NCBI RefSeq assembly: GCF_009914755.1
Contig: NC_060929.1
Length of the DNA stretch: 64,000 bases
Source: the human T2T-CHM13v2.0 reference genome, Homo sapiens
Direction: 5' to 3' (one strand)
The number at the start of each line of letters is the position of its first letter. Positions within the stretch are counted from its first letter, which is position 1. This document shows, piece by piece, positions 27,207 to 40,150 of this stretch. The translations under genes were made by a program, and so were the position numbers. The notes under the pieces were generated by a model. It was not told the origin of the DNA and made no database searches. It saw only the letters and a program-made list of their open reading frames with translations.

Positions 27207-29156
27207 TTTTCTGCTTGGTATTCTCCGAAATTCCTGAATTCCTTGTTCGGTCTGCCATTAATTTGAGGACACTTTCAGTCATTATTACATTACCTTCTTT
27301 AGTTGTATTCTCTCTTTCCTTTTCTTCTGGTATTCCAATTACTTGTATGTTTTACTTTTGAAGTTGTCTCACAGTTCTTAGGTGTTCTGTCATGTTTTAT
27401 TCATTCATATTCTCTATGCATTTAGTTTGGGAAGTTTTTATTGACCTATTGTCAGGTTCACTGATTCTTTCTTCTGCTTTTTGAGTGTACCAATGATTCC
27501 ATCACAGGCATTTCTCATTTCTGTTACATTTCCTTTTGATTTTTAGAGTTTCCATCTTGCTGTTCCTCTTACACATCTATGCCTGCATGTTGTCTACTCT
27601 TTCTGTTAAAGAATAAAGATTTTCATATGCTCATGACAGTTATTTTAAAGTCTTGTCTGATAACTCCAATGCCTGTATCATATCTGCATCTTTTTCTGAT
27701 GATTTAATTGTCCCTTCATACCATGTTTTTCTTGTCTTTTGGCAGGCCTTATAATTTTTGTTGTTGTTTAAAACCAGGTATATTGTATCAGGTCATTGAA
27801 ACTGAGTTACATAGGCCTCTTGTGTGCTGGTTTACGGTCATCAAGTTAGGAGTTACGCTGTGCTTAATGTGTGCTATAGCCATAGGTGTCAGAATTTCAC
27901 ATTCTGCTTCTGTCCTAGCTTTGTTTTCCTCTTGACTTTGGGCTTTTCTAAGCACTTCTTAGAGAGAATATGAGCTCTTCCAGCTCAAATTCATGATTAT
28001 ACTGGAGCCCTGTTGGTGTGATATGAAGGTTTGGGGGAGGGAAAGTATTCTATAATCTTCTGATTAAATCTCACTATTGTAATGTAGTGTAGTATGTTGG
28101 TGGAGTATAACATGCACAGATGTGTTTCTGGTGATATGACTATACTTTCTCTCCAGGGCCCTTTTCTCTGCCCCAGCTGCAGCAATGCCAATGTGTTTTT
28201 TGAAATCCTGGCCCCAGTTTGGTTTTTTTTTTCCTTCCTTAGAAGACACAGGAAGGATAAAGGGGGCTGGAGAGCGAGGCATGCCCTTAAAAGTCTTTTC
28301 TTCTGGAGGATACACCTTTTCTATGGAGGGGTTTCAGGGCTTATTTCACAGTGATTATGCTTCCTTTCCTGTTATTAAAACCACGACTAGATATTTCTAC
28401 AATCTTCAATCTGGGAATCCTGTGGTGTTCCTGTATGTAAAGCCCACAAAAATGTGGGACCCTTCCCTCAGACTGCAGCTTCAGGGGCTTCTTACTCACA
28501 TGCTAGTCCATATTTAACCTCCATCGTTTGTCAAAATTGTCATTTACATGTTCCTATCAGTTTATGTTTCTAGCAGCTATTGCCTCAGGTAAGCAGATCT
28601 CAGCTGCATATCACTAAATGATCCTTTCTCCCCAGATTTTGGGATGGTGGTTTGTCATGCAGTCTTTGTCCTTTAATGGGTCAAAGAAAAAATATTGATT
28701 TTCAATTTGTTCAGCTCTATCTTATTGTAATGATGGGAAATACAACTTTCAAGTCATTTGCATGTCAGAGCTGAAATTTGAAGTTATTGCTTTATTTTAA
28801 ATTATTATTTTGAGATATTTGTAAATACACATGCAGTTTTAAGAAAAGAGGGCTAAGAATCTCTCAATGATAACATTTTGCAAAACATTTTTGCAAGACA
28901 TCACAGACAGGATATGATGATGATATAAGCCAGTTATTTTATTCAGATATGTCCAGTTTTACTTCTACTCATTTGTGTTTGTGTGTCTTCATGTATGTGT
29001 GTGTGTCTGTGTGTATGTGTGTGTAGTAAACTCTATGCAGTAGTCTCCCCTTATCCCTTGTCCATAGTTTTGCTTTCTGTGGTTTCAGTTACCTGTGGCC
29101 AACCTTGATTTGAAAACATTAAATGGAAAATTCCAGAAATAAACAATTTCATAAGT

Positions 29157-30362
29157 TTTTTAAACTTTATTTTAGGTTCAGGGATACATGTGCATGTTTG
29201 ATATATTGATAAATTGCTTATCACTGGGGGTTTGGGGTACACCTGACTTTGTCACCAAGGTAGTGAGCATAGTATCAAGCCTACTTGATCATGGTAGATT
29301 AGCTTTTTGTCGTGGGGCTGGATTTGATTTGCTAGTATTTTGTTGAATAATTTTTGTGTCTACATTTATCAACTTCATCCTGAAGTTTTCTTTTTTTGTT
29401 GTGTTTCTGCCAAGTTTTCCTCATGGAAAGAGTTAGGTAGGAGTCCCTCCTCTTCAAGTTTTTGGAATACTATCAGTAGGAATGATAACCAGCTCTTCTT
29501 TATATTTCTGGTAGATTTCACTTGTGAAATCATCTGCTCCTGGGCTTTCTCTGGTTGGTAGGCTTTTCATTACCAATTCAATTTCAACTCAGTTTTGAAT
29601 TACCAGTTCAACTTATCATTCTGTTCAGGCATTCAATTTCTTCCTGGTTCAATCTTGGGAGGTTGTATGTTTCTGGGAATTTATCCATTTCTTTTAGGTT
29701 TTCTAGTTTGTGTGCATAGGCATGTTCATAGTAGTCTCTGAGGGTTTTTTGTATTTCTGTGGGGTTGGTGATAATGTCACTTTTGTCATTTCTGATTGTG
29801 TCTATTTGAGTATTCTCTCTTTTATTCTTTATTAGTCTAGCTAATTGCCTAGAAATCCTATTTATTCTTTCAAATAAAAAATTTTTGGATAATTGATCTT
29901 TTTTATGGTGTTTTGTGTTTAAATTTCCTTTCAGTTTAGCTCTTATTTTGATTATTTCTTGTTTTCTGCTAGCTTTGCAGTTGGTTTGCTCTTGTTTCTC
30001 TAGTTCCTCTAGGTGTGATGTTAGGTTGCTAATCTGAGAACTTTCCAACTTTGTGATGTGGGCATTTAGCACTACAAACTTTCCTCTTAACACTGCTTTA
30101 ACTGTGTCCCAGAGATTCCAGTATGTTTTATCTGTGTTCCATTAGTTTCAAAGAATTTCTTGATTTCTGCTTTAATTTCATTATTTACTCAAGTTATTCA
30201 GGAGCAGGGGGTTTAATTTCCTTGTAATTATATAGTTTTGAGCAAGTTTCTTAGTGTTGATTTCTATTTTTAATTGAGCTGTAGTCTGAGAGTGTGTTTG
30301 GTATGATTCAAGTTTTTCAGAATTTTCTGAGAATTGTTTTATGTCTGTGTGATCGATTTCAG
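29157..30362 (-). mobile_element. Older L1PA (PA13-16-like) with a large internal deletion, inserted in MER44B
   Basis: ~120 bp of 3' terminus fused at ~29275 to ORF2 N-terminal sequence; ORF 29608..30093 ([12 protein letters not shown]...[10 protein letters not shown]) is ORF2p. Confidence 0.85.
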
Positions 30363-30559
30363 AACTTTTAATAGTATGCTGTACTAAGTAGCTCAAGGAG
30401 ATCTTGCTCCCTCCTGCTCCATCTCTGTCCAGCATATCCACACCATATATATGCTACAGGCCCATTGCTTACTTAGTAGCCATCTTGATTATCAGATTGA
30501 ATGTCAAGGCACTGCAGTACCTGTGTTCAAGACATCCTTATTTTACTAAGTGATAACTC

Positions 30560-30830
30560 AAAAGAAACAGAAAGAAAAATATTGCATGTTCTCATGTAAA
30601 AGTGGAAGCTAAATAATGTGTATACATGGATGTAGAGTGTGGAATGATAGACAATGGAAACTGAAAAGAGTGGGAGGATGAGATGGGGTAGAAGATGAGA
30701 AATTACTTAATGGGTAAAATGTACATAACCTCAGAGATGGATATGCTGAAAGCCCTCATTTCACCACTTTGCGATATATCCACATAACAAAATTATATTT
30801 GTATGCCATAAATTTATAAAAATAAAATAA
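30560..30830 (+). mobile_element. L1PB3/4-like 3' end inserted in MER44B
   Basis: GAGTGTGGAATGATAGACAATGG...GATGAGAAATTACTTAATGGGT...A-rich tail. Confidence 0.85.
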
Positions 30831-31519
30831 TTTTTTAAATTGTCCCAGAGTGCAAAGGTGGTGATGCTGACATGTTGTTATAACGATTTGATTTTGTTAT
30901 CAGCTCTTATTGTTAATCCCTTACTCTACCTAATTTAAAAATTTAATTTTATCATAGGTATGTATGCATAGGAAAAAATATATATATACAGGGTTTTATA
31001 CTATCTGGGGTTTCAAGCATCCACTAGAAATCTTAGACAATACCCCTCATAGTTAAGGGGAGATTACAGTACAATATTATTAACTGTGTAAGTTTGTGTA
31101 TCTACTACCAACATCAAGATACTGACTGAACAGTTCCAGCACCACAAGAACATTTATGTTGTACTTTTATATCCACATCAACCTCCCTGCTTACTAACTT
31201 TGTCCCCTAAGTCCTGAAAACCATAAATCTGTTCTTAATTTCTAGAATTTGTAGGTTTTCCAAACAGTGTGAAATGAAATTGTACAGTATGCAGTCTGGG
31301 ACTGACCATTTTCACTCATTGTAATTCTGTTTGCATTTACACAGGTTGTGGCACATATCAGTATTTCATTCTTTTATATATGTATTTGGTATCACTTAAG
31401 AAAATTCCATGGTATGTGTGTAGCACGATTTAATTAACCACTTACCCACTGAAGAACATCACTACTGACTCCTGTTTGGAAGTATTACAAATAAATCTTC
31501 CAGGAAAATTTATGTACAT

Positions 31520-31522
31520 TGT

Positions 31523-31565
<43 letters not shown>
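31520..31565. repeat. (TG)n microsatellite
   Basis: Direct reading. Confidence 0.95.
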
Positions 31566-31568
<3 letters not shown>

Positions 31569-32766
31569 TTTCATTATTTCTGGGCTAAATATTGACAAGT
31601 ACAATTGCTGGGTTTTTGTTAAATGCATGTTTAGTTTTATAAGAAACAGATACAGTTTTCCAGAGTGGCTGTACACTTTTACCTACCCATGGGGATTTTT
31701 GGGTTATCATGATCCAGTTTCTTTGCGTCCTTGTCAGAATTTGGTGTTTTCCCTGTTTCTTAATAGGTCTGTGGTGATATATCATTGTAATTTTAGTTTG
31801 CATGTTCTAATGGCTAATTAAGATAAATGTATGTCACCTGCTTATCTGCCAATGACATATCCTATTTGATATGTTTATGTCTTTTGCCCATTTTTGAAGT
31901 TATATACAACTTATTTTATACTTTGTTGGATTTTTTTTAAACTAAGGATGTCTTGCTTTCCTCTTTATTCCTGAAGAACAATTTCATGGAGTATAGAATT
32001 TATTGATAACAAGTCTTTGTTTCTAGTGCCTGATAAATATGTGCTCCTTCCTTTTCTCTTCTGGTTTGAGAACTATGAGGCACCAGAACTATCACCTGGT
32101 GTGGGGCAGAGGATGAATCAACCAGTCGAGGTTCCACCATTGCCACTCCAACTCAGCAAGGATCAGCCCCACTGTTGTCAGCAGGTATGGGTGAGGTAGG
32201 TGCTGGTCCCTGAACTCTGCTGGTAACATGGCTATAGGCAGATCAGGCCTGCGGCTACTGGCATGTGTCCAGCATGGGATGGATCAGGTCATCTGGGTTC
32301 TACTAGTGCTGTTCTTGCAGGCAGATCAAGCCCACCACAGTTACTGAGTATAAGTGTCCTCATTAAGCACCTTCTAGGCTTCCCCTTTGCTGATGCTTTA
32401 GACAGAGAGAGGGACATTTCCTTTTTTGTTATTTTTATGTCTGTTGGAGTTCTGAATTGCAGGTCTTTCTTGTGCCTAGGATGAGAAACATGGGAATTAA
32501 AAAAAAAAAAGCAAAACAAAACAAAAAAACTAGGAATTCACTGTGGTGTCATTCTTTAAGCCCTTGGTTCATAGGCCATGAACAGCCTAGCTGCTTTCCA
32601 TATTTTAGAGTCCTTTTATGAATAACTATAGAATTATTTTCAGGGTATTCAGTTGTTAGAATACCCTAACAACTAAATACCCTAAAAATAGAGAATTATT
32701 TTCAGGTTATTCAGTATTAGAAGGGAAGATCAGGGAATAGAGAATATGTGCTATCATGCTCCAGAA

Positions 32767-32800
<34 letters not shown>

Positions 32801-33254
32801 ATGGTCTCCTTACTGTCTATCAGGTTTTTAATGTATTAATAGGTGTATTTGCCTTCCCATTGTCCTTTGGTGTATTTAACCTGTTTCTATCCCAGGACCA
32901 TAATTATTTTAATGAAAATGGTTTTGAAGTTATATCTCAATATATAGTAGGATAGTATCCATGTTCAGTTAGACTTTGTATTTACTGTGGATAAGGGAAA
33001 TCTACATAAATAATGCAAATCTATATATAGTAAAGTATTTTTCCCAGGTAATAGGAGGTCTGAAAGATATCAAACCCTGACATTAATTCAGTAATTCTGT
33101 AATGTCAATGTCAAGTTCTGTGTGGTTTTTTTCGGACTTTTCCACTTGGTGTTAAGATGACTGGTCAGGCTCCAGCTCTGAAGTCAGCAATTCCAGAAGA
33201 GAACAAAGGACAAGAGGGGAACAAAGAGAAGAGGGGAAATAAAGCTTTCCCCTC

Positions 33255-35400
33255 AGATTGGAGACAAAAAGGATATACATCTCACCACTCTTATTTAACA
33301 TGGTGATGAAACTTCTATTCAGTGCAACAAGGCAAGGAAAGGAAACAAAAGACATATGGTTGGGAAAGGAAGATGTAAAACCATGCGTATTTCCAGATGA
33401 TATGATAGTCTATGTAAAAAGTCTCAAAGAATCTACAAAAAAAAACTGAGCATTCATGAGTTAAGCAGTCACAGAACACAAGATTAACATGCAAAATGCG
33501 ATTTCTTTTAAAAAATACAACAGCATTTAGCATTAATACAGATATTAAAATGTAGTATTATTCTTAATTTCTCAAAATGTAAGTACTTAGCACTAAATCT
33601 ACTAAAAATCTTCAGGACTTATGCTGAAAAGTACACAACTCTGATGAAAGAAATAAAATATCTAAATAAATAGAGGGACACAGAGTTTTCGAGGATTTGA
33701 AGGCTCAACATGAAGAATTAGTTCTCTCCGAACTGACACAGAGATTTAACACAAAATCATATAAAATCTTAGCAATAATTTAATAAACATAGACAAGCTT
33801 ATTGTAAAATTTATATAAAAAGCAAATAAACTAGAATAGCTAAAGCAATCTTGAAAACAAGAAAATAAAGTGGATATAGTCTACCTTTTCAAGACCAAAT
33901 ATATATACAAGTGTAGTAATCATGACTGTATGAAATTGCTGGAGAGATAGACACATACATCAATGGAACAGACTAGGAAACCCAGAAATAGACCCACAGA
34001 TATAGCCAAATGATTTTTGAAAAGATGTTAAAACAATTCAGTGAAGAAAGTATAGCGTTTTCAATAAACGGTGCTGGAGCAATTGGACATCAATATGGAA
34101 CAACTGAAACTTTATCTACAACTCATGTGTTATACAGAAATTAGTTCAAAGTAGAGCACAGATTGAAATGTAAAATGTGCAATTGCAGGACTTAAACAAT
34201 AGGAGAAAATCTTCAAACCTAGGGCTAAGTAAATAGTTCTTAAACTTGAAACCAATCAATCCACGGGGAAAAAAGAGTATATAAATTGGACTTCCTCAAA
34301 ACTAAAAATATTTTTGTGTAATAGACTCTGTTAATAAGATGAATGGACAAGCTAAAGACTGGCAGAAAATATTTGCAAACCACATATCAGAGAAAAAGAA
34401 TACCGTCTAAACTATATAAAAAACTCTAAGAAATATACAAGAGAAAACTCAACCAATCTAATTGGAAAATAGGCAAAAGACCTGAACAGACATTTCACCA
34501 AAGAGGATAGATAGATGGCATGTAAACACGTGAAAAGATGTTCAACATCATTAGCCATTAAGAAAAATTAGATTAAAACCACAGTGAACTATCACTACAC
34601 ATCTGTCAGAATGGTTAAAAATTAATATTCACAAATAGTGACAACATCAGACATCAGTGAGGATGCAGAGCATCTGAACCAGTCACACATTATTGTTAGG
34701 AATGTAAAATAGTACGGACTCTCTAGAAAACAGTTTGGTGGTTCCATTAAAAACAATAATGAGCATACAGCCCAGCAGTTGCATTCCTGTGGCATTTATC
34801 CAGAGAAATTGAAACTTATGCACGGAAACCTGCACATGAATGTTTGTAGCTGATTTAGTTATACAGGCTACAAGTTTGAAGCAACCTCATTGTTCTTCAA
34901 CTGGTAAATATTTAAACAAGCTGTGATCCTACAAATCTTGCGTTACTACTTGGCAATAAGAAGGAAAAAAAAACTATTGATGAATTTAACAACCTGAATA
35001 ATCTGCAGAAAATTATGCTGAGTGAAAAACAGCCAATCTCAAAAGGCTATATACACTGTGGTTTAATTTAGATGACATTCAAGAAATGATAAGATTACAA
35101 AAAATAGAGCAGATTATTATTTTCCAGGTGTTAAGGAGGGGTTGGAGAAGGGAAGGGAGTGTGCCCTCAAAAGGGCTACATGAATGATCCTTGTGGTGAT
35201 GGAGATATTCTATGTCTTCATTTCATCAATGTTAGTATTCTGGTTGTGATATTGTACAGTAGTGATGCCACATGTTCCCATTGGGGGAAATTTGGTAAGG
35301 AGCAAATTTGGTAAGGAGCACATAGGATCACTCTGTATAATTTCTTATAACTGCCTGTGAATCTATGGTTATCTCAAAACAAAAAAGTTAATTTAAAAAA
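33255..35400 (+). mobile_element. L1MD1/2-like LINE, ORF2 RT-to-C-terminal remnant and 3' UTR
   Basis: ORF 33258..33449 (SPLLFNMV...VFPDDMIVY) is decayed RT; 3' UTR GATCCTTGTGGTGATGG...CTGCCTGTGAATCTA. Confidence 0.88.
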
Positions 35401-36734
35401 ATGTCAAGAAATATGTCACTCAAATGCAATATAAGAATTCTTAGCATCCTGACTTAAAAATCAAAAAGCAAAAAGCTTCTCAAAGGATTTTGTGACAATT
35501 AAGTAATCTGAATATAGACTAGTTATTGGATGACCCCAAAAGAACTAGTGTCATTTTATTAGATGTGGCAATGGCAGTATGGTTATGAAATAAAAAAGAA
35601 GCAGTGGGTTATGTAGTCAAGAAGCATATTGCAGTACTAGGGTGAAATGAAAGTGACTTGGTTTGAAATACATTCCCCAAAATTATAAAAGTGTATGCGG
35701 AAGGTTAATTAAACAAGATTGAAAATATTTGCAATATAAAGTGGTATATAAACTATTTTCTAGTTTTGTGTATCTTTCAAACTTCCATTAAAAAAAAAAA
35801 ACTAAAAGAAAAGATTGGATTACAGTCAATTCTCCAATCACCCTGTGCCCCGGCTGACTTTCTTTTCCCACAGCAAAGTACAACTTTCTTCTTTTTCTAA
35901 AGTGGTTTCAGAGTCTTTATGTAAGTTTTTCAGATGCTCCCCTGCACGTTTTTTTTTTTTAAACTGCTGTAATAGCTCTAGAATTGGACTGTGGCAGGCA
36001 GCCAGAAACTTGTATCCTTCTCTTTATTGCTGTACAGACTCTCCTGTAACACCAAGTGTGTTGAAATTTTTGGACTTTATTATTCTTAATTTTTCTCTTA
36101 GCTTTTTGTTTGTTTGTTTAGTCATTTTGTTTTCCTGAAAGATTCCCTGAATTCAATCTTTAAGGTCACTACTTCTTTCTGTAATCAATGAGCTGTAGTC
36201 AATCTATTGTGTTTTATTTTAACCAAAATATTTTAAGTTTAGTATTTCTATTTAGCATTTTAAAATAGCAAATTGTAAACAAATAAGCAATAAATGAAAT
36301 AATGAAACAATAATCTATTTTTATTTTATTGCTGTAGTATCCACTGTTATTTCTCTGAGGTTATATGGCATGTTAAATTTTCTGTTGTTTTGTTTTAGTA
36401 ATGTTTTTCTCAAATCTTCATTCTTCTATTTGTTAATTACATGACTCTTTTTCTTGGTTTTATTTTTTCTACCTGAAAATGTGTTTTTATTTCTGCTGGT
36501 AGTTATCACTTTTGTATCTGAGGTTCCTTTTGTATCTGAGGTTCCATTTTCCTGTGTCTAGTTTCAGTTTCTGTTTACAAAATCCATAATCCTATCTTTT
36601 TTCTAATTTCCAATAATTTGTCAAGATTTCATATTTGCTCATGGAGCTTGAGATGGAGCATATGTGTCCAGACTACTTTGACCTTAATATCTCGATTCCT
36701 GTTGTGGAACTCTTTCTCTCTCTTTCATATACAC

Positions 36735-36736
<2 letters not shown>

Positions 36737-36766
<30 letters not shown>
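36737..36766. repeat. (CA)n microsatellite
   Basis: Direct reading. Confidence 0.95.
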
Positions 36767-36769
<3 letters not shown>

Positions 36770-37065
36770 CTTACTTAGACATAAAACTTAGGCCACAAAT
36801 TAGGGTGTGCAAGTAGGAAAAGTTCAAACATTTTCTACTACTGAATTTGATTTCCCCTTCAATTATACACTTTACTGGGTAAAAAACCCAAATCTCAATG
36901 AAATCAGTCTCTCCCTATATTTAATGAAGTTATATCTGAATTATGAGTGTCTGGGGTAGTACAATGCTGGGAGGAAAGGATTGGGAGGTGAGCTTCTGGC
37001 TCTTCTATCCAAGTTGCCTTCTGCTGCAATGTGCTGTGGTTTATCATATCCTTTGTTTTATGTTC

Positions 37066-37396
37066 CAATACTGTTTGATAGAAATATGATGCAAGCCACA
37101 ACTATGAGCTGCCTATGCAATTTTAAATACTGTACTGTCCAAATTAGAAAAGTAAAAAGAAACAGATGAAATTTATTCTAATCATACACTTTATTTAACC
37201 CAGTAAGTCTAAAATATTATTTCAACAAGTAATCAATATGAAAAATTAGTAATGAGTTAGGTTATATGTTTGTCATATTAGTTCTTTGAGATATGGTGTG
37301 AATTTTATAGTTAGAACACTTTCTAATTCGCACAGGACACATTTTAAATGCTCAGTAACTGCTTGTATTTAGTGGCTCCCATGTTGGACAGCACAC
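37066..37396. mobile_element. MER33 (hAT-Charlie MITE)
   Basis: ATAGAAATATGATGCAAGCCACA, AAGTAAAAAGAAACAGATGAAATT, TTGGACAGCAC end. Confidence 0.85.
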
Positions 37397-38279
37397 GTTC
37401 TATCCATACAGACGGGTAAAACCTGCAGTGCATCTTGTTTATTCCAGATCTGTTCCCTATAAGATATATCTAAGTTCTTCTGAGACATTCAGGACTTTTT
37501 CCTTGTAGATGAATAAATCTCCAATAGGGGTTTTCCTTAGGGCAAAAGTTTAATCGAAAAGTGATAGAAGCTGAGGCATAGATAATGCATGGAGTCAGAA
37601 ACAGAACTTCCTGCATCACCCTTTTTTAGGACAGATAAAAAATATGTTGATTGTTGATTATGGTATGGGAGGTTCAAAGAACTAGACTAGATTATGGGTC
37701 TATCTTGAGAGTCCCCTGAAAGAGGTTTCAACTTCTGTTTTTATCAATTTCAGAGTCTGGTCATAGCAACAAGAATGTTAGAATCCCAGGGTAGATTGGG
37801 AACATAGGGGCAAAAGCCCCATGTAATCCAGGTGAGTGCTGGTGCAGTTTCCCCCAGCCTACTGTATACAGAAAAATGTTTCCACAGGTCTACAAAGGAT
37901 TAGGGATATAGCCGAGACCTTGATTTAGAAGCAAGTCATGACACACTCTCTGGCGTTGATGCTCATAGAGGAATGGTTGGGCTGACACAGACTGCAACAG
38001 AGGCAGTCATGGAAAGATGATGACCCCCCCACTCTCTGGTCATTAAGTGAGCCAGGAAAATCTTAAGTCCAAACCCGGTAAAAACTTGGAGATTTATCCC
38101 TTAATTAACTAAAATTTCAATTTCACTATATGGAAAAATGAGAACTAGAAATGAAAAATAAGAGAAAAGCAAAGTTACTGTCACCATATTCTTTATATCA
38201 CATAGGCGGTAGCTGAGTTTCACAGAAAGATCTTGATGATATGTTCTGAAATGTATCCTTTTTTATAGTCCTCTTTCAC

Positions 38280-38780
38280 ACTGAACCTGGACTGGACTGG
38301 TTCCTCACTTTAGCCAGTGAAATGGGGCACAAGTGACCCCATCTCAGTTCAAGGTCTAAATCTAAAACAGTCTGAAAGCATCTGCTTTAGTAATCTTGGC
38401 AGCCCTGAGCTACTATGTAAGAATTCTGGCTACACTGCTGGGGGATGACATGCAAGGCATGGGGAGAGCAGAGTCCCTGAGGACACATGGAGGTGGACCA
38501 GGAAACCCAGTAGATGGGAAGAACCAAGGCCTCAGACGTATGACCTCAGTGAAGTCTCTCCAGCTGGCTCCTGGTTGTTTGAGTGATTCTTGCTGAGGTT
38601 CCAGAGGTGTGAATGAAAAAGCTATCTTGTCCTCATAGTCAACATGTGGAATACACTAAGCAGTCTCTGATAAGCCCTGTCTGAAGCTTCAACCCAGGAA
38701 TCATGAGAATAATGAAATTGTGGTTGTTTTAAGTCAATACACTTTGAGGTAGTTTGTTGCACAGCAATACACACCTAAAG
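38280..38780 (+). mobile_element. MLT1-family MaLR LTR
   Basis: 3' end GGTTGTTTTAAGTC...TTTGAGGTAGTTTGTTGCACAGCAATA. Confidence 0.75.
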
Positions 38781-39299
38781 AAACATGTTGATATTAAAAC
38801 ATTGTAACTGAGAGGAGTGGGCGGAATTGATAGTTAATCATATCTTCTCTCTTCTCGCCTGTGCTTCTGTTGCCTGTGGACCAGTATTAACTGTAAAATA
38901 GTATTAAAGCTAAGATAAAAGTAAGCTTGTCTATAGGTAATCTTGACCAAAATACTGAGTAAACACGATTGCAATCTTGCAACTGTATTCAGCTGATTGT
39001 AGAAAAGCTTTCCTTTATGGCTTATTCCTCCAAAGAGTTGATCTGTGTCTCTATGAGGTAAATCATGTTTGCATGCATGCTGCAAGGAAGAGCCTCTCCC
39101 TTGGAAGGAGGTTCTGTGATTTTTCAGTCCTATCTATAATTCGTGGCTCTGATATTATAAAGCAATTAAATACTCCAGTGGTTTCATCCCTTTGTCTTTC
39201 ACTATTTAGTTTTTTAAATTAAATTTAAACTAAAAATTAGATGTAAAACATCAATCTTATATAAAAGAATGTAAAATCATTTTTATTTGAAATCAAGCT

Positions 39300-40150
39300 A
39301 GAATTTTTGGCTCCCATAATTTTCCTCCTACTACCTTCATGTAACATTACTGGAGTTGGAGACTATCAACTCCAGACATTTATTTTGGTAATTTTTCTAC
39401 ATATATATGAATCCACAAACCATATTCATTACTACTTTGTGCATTTTAAAGTATTGAATAAATAACATTTTATGACATGTACTCATGCAGAAATAGTTTA
39501 TTCAAGCTTCTGTGTAATATTTCATTGCATTAATAAACCATATTTTGATTTTTTCAGTCCCCTACTGAGTTATACTTAATGTATTTCCACTCTTTCAATA
39601 TATCAAGCATTGTGAAAGTGAACATCTTTGTAATTGTTTAACCTTGCAAGTTCTTTAGTGTTTTTCTGCAATAGACACCCTTAAAGTAAAATTGCTCTAT
39701 CATGGGTAAATTTATTTCAAATTGTTATTGCCAAATGTCTTTTGAAAGAGGTTGTATCAATTTACCAATAATATACAAGACAAATTTATTAGTAAGGTAT
39801 AAGATAAAATTTCCCCCTAACATTCTATCCAAATTTAAGGTTTCAAGCACATTAATTTGTCAAACTGATGTGTAAAATTTTTCTTTAAATTGTCACTTTT
39901 TAAATTACTAATGTGGTTTGACATAATTTCATATTCATTTGCCGTTTAAGTTCAATTTTATGTTTCATATAATTTATCTATTTTTCTATTGAACTATCTT
40001 TTTGATTTGTAGTTATTCTTAATTCTGGTTCCAAATTCTTTTCAGTTTAATGATTTGCCAATATCAGTCCCTGTATGTGGATTGAATTTTCAATTTGTTT
40101 TGACATACAGACATTTTATTTTATGGTTTATGATTTTAATCTCTTATTTA
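39300..40150 (-). mobile_element. Very old L1ME-like remnant
   Basis: T-rich antisense L1 3' motifs, strongly decayed. Confidence 0.55.

Larger units (their letters stand above)
29038..31069. mobile_element. MER44B (Tigger7-derived TcMar DNA transposon) in three pieces
   Basis: TIRs CAGTAGTCTCCCCTTA / TAAGGGGAGATTACAG; pieces ~29038-29160, ~30363-30555, ~30835-31069. Confidence 0.9.
28800..31900 (-). mobile_element. L1MD-like 3' end, split by MER44B
   Basis: TTATTTTGAGATATTTGTAAATACACATGCAGTT is the antisense L1MD 3' terminus; resumes after 31070. Confidence 0.75.
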
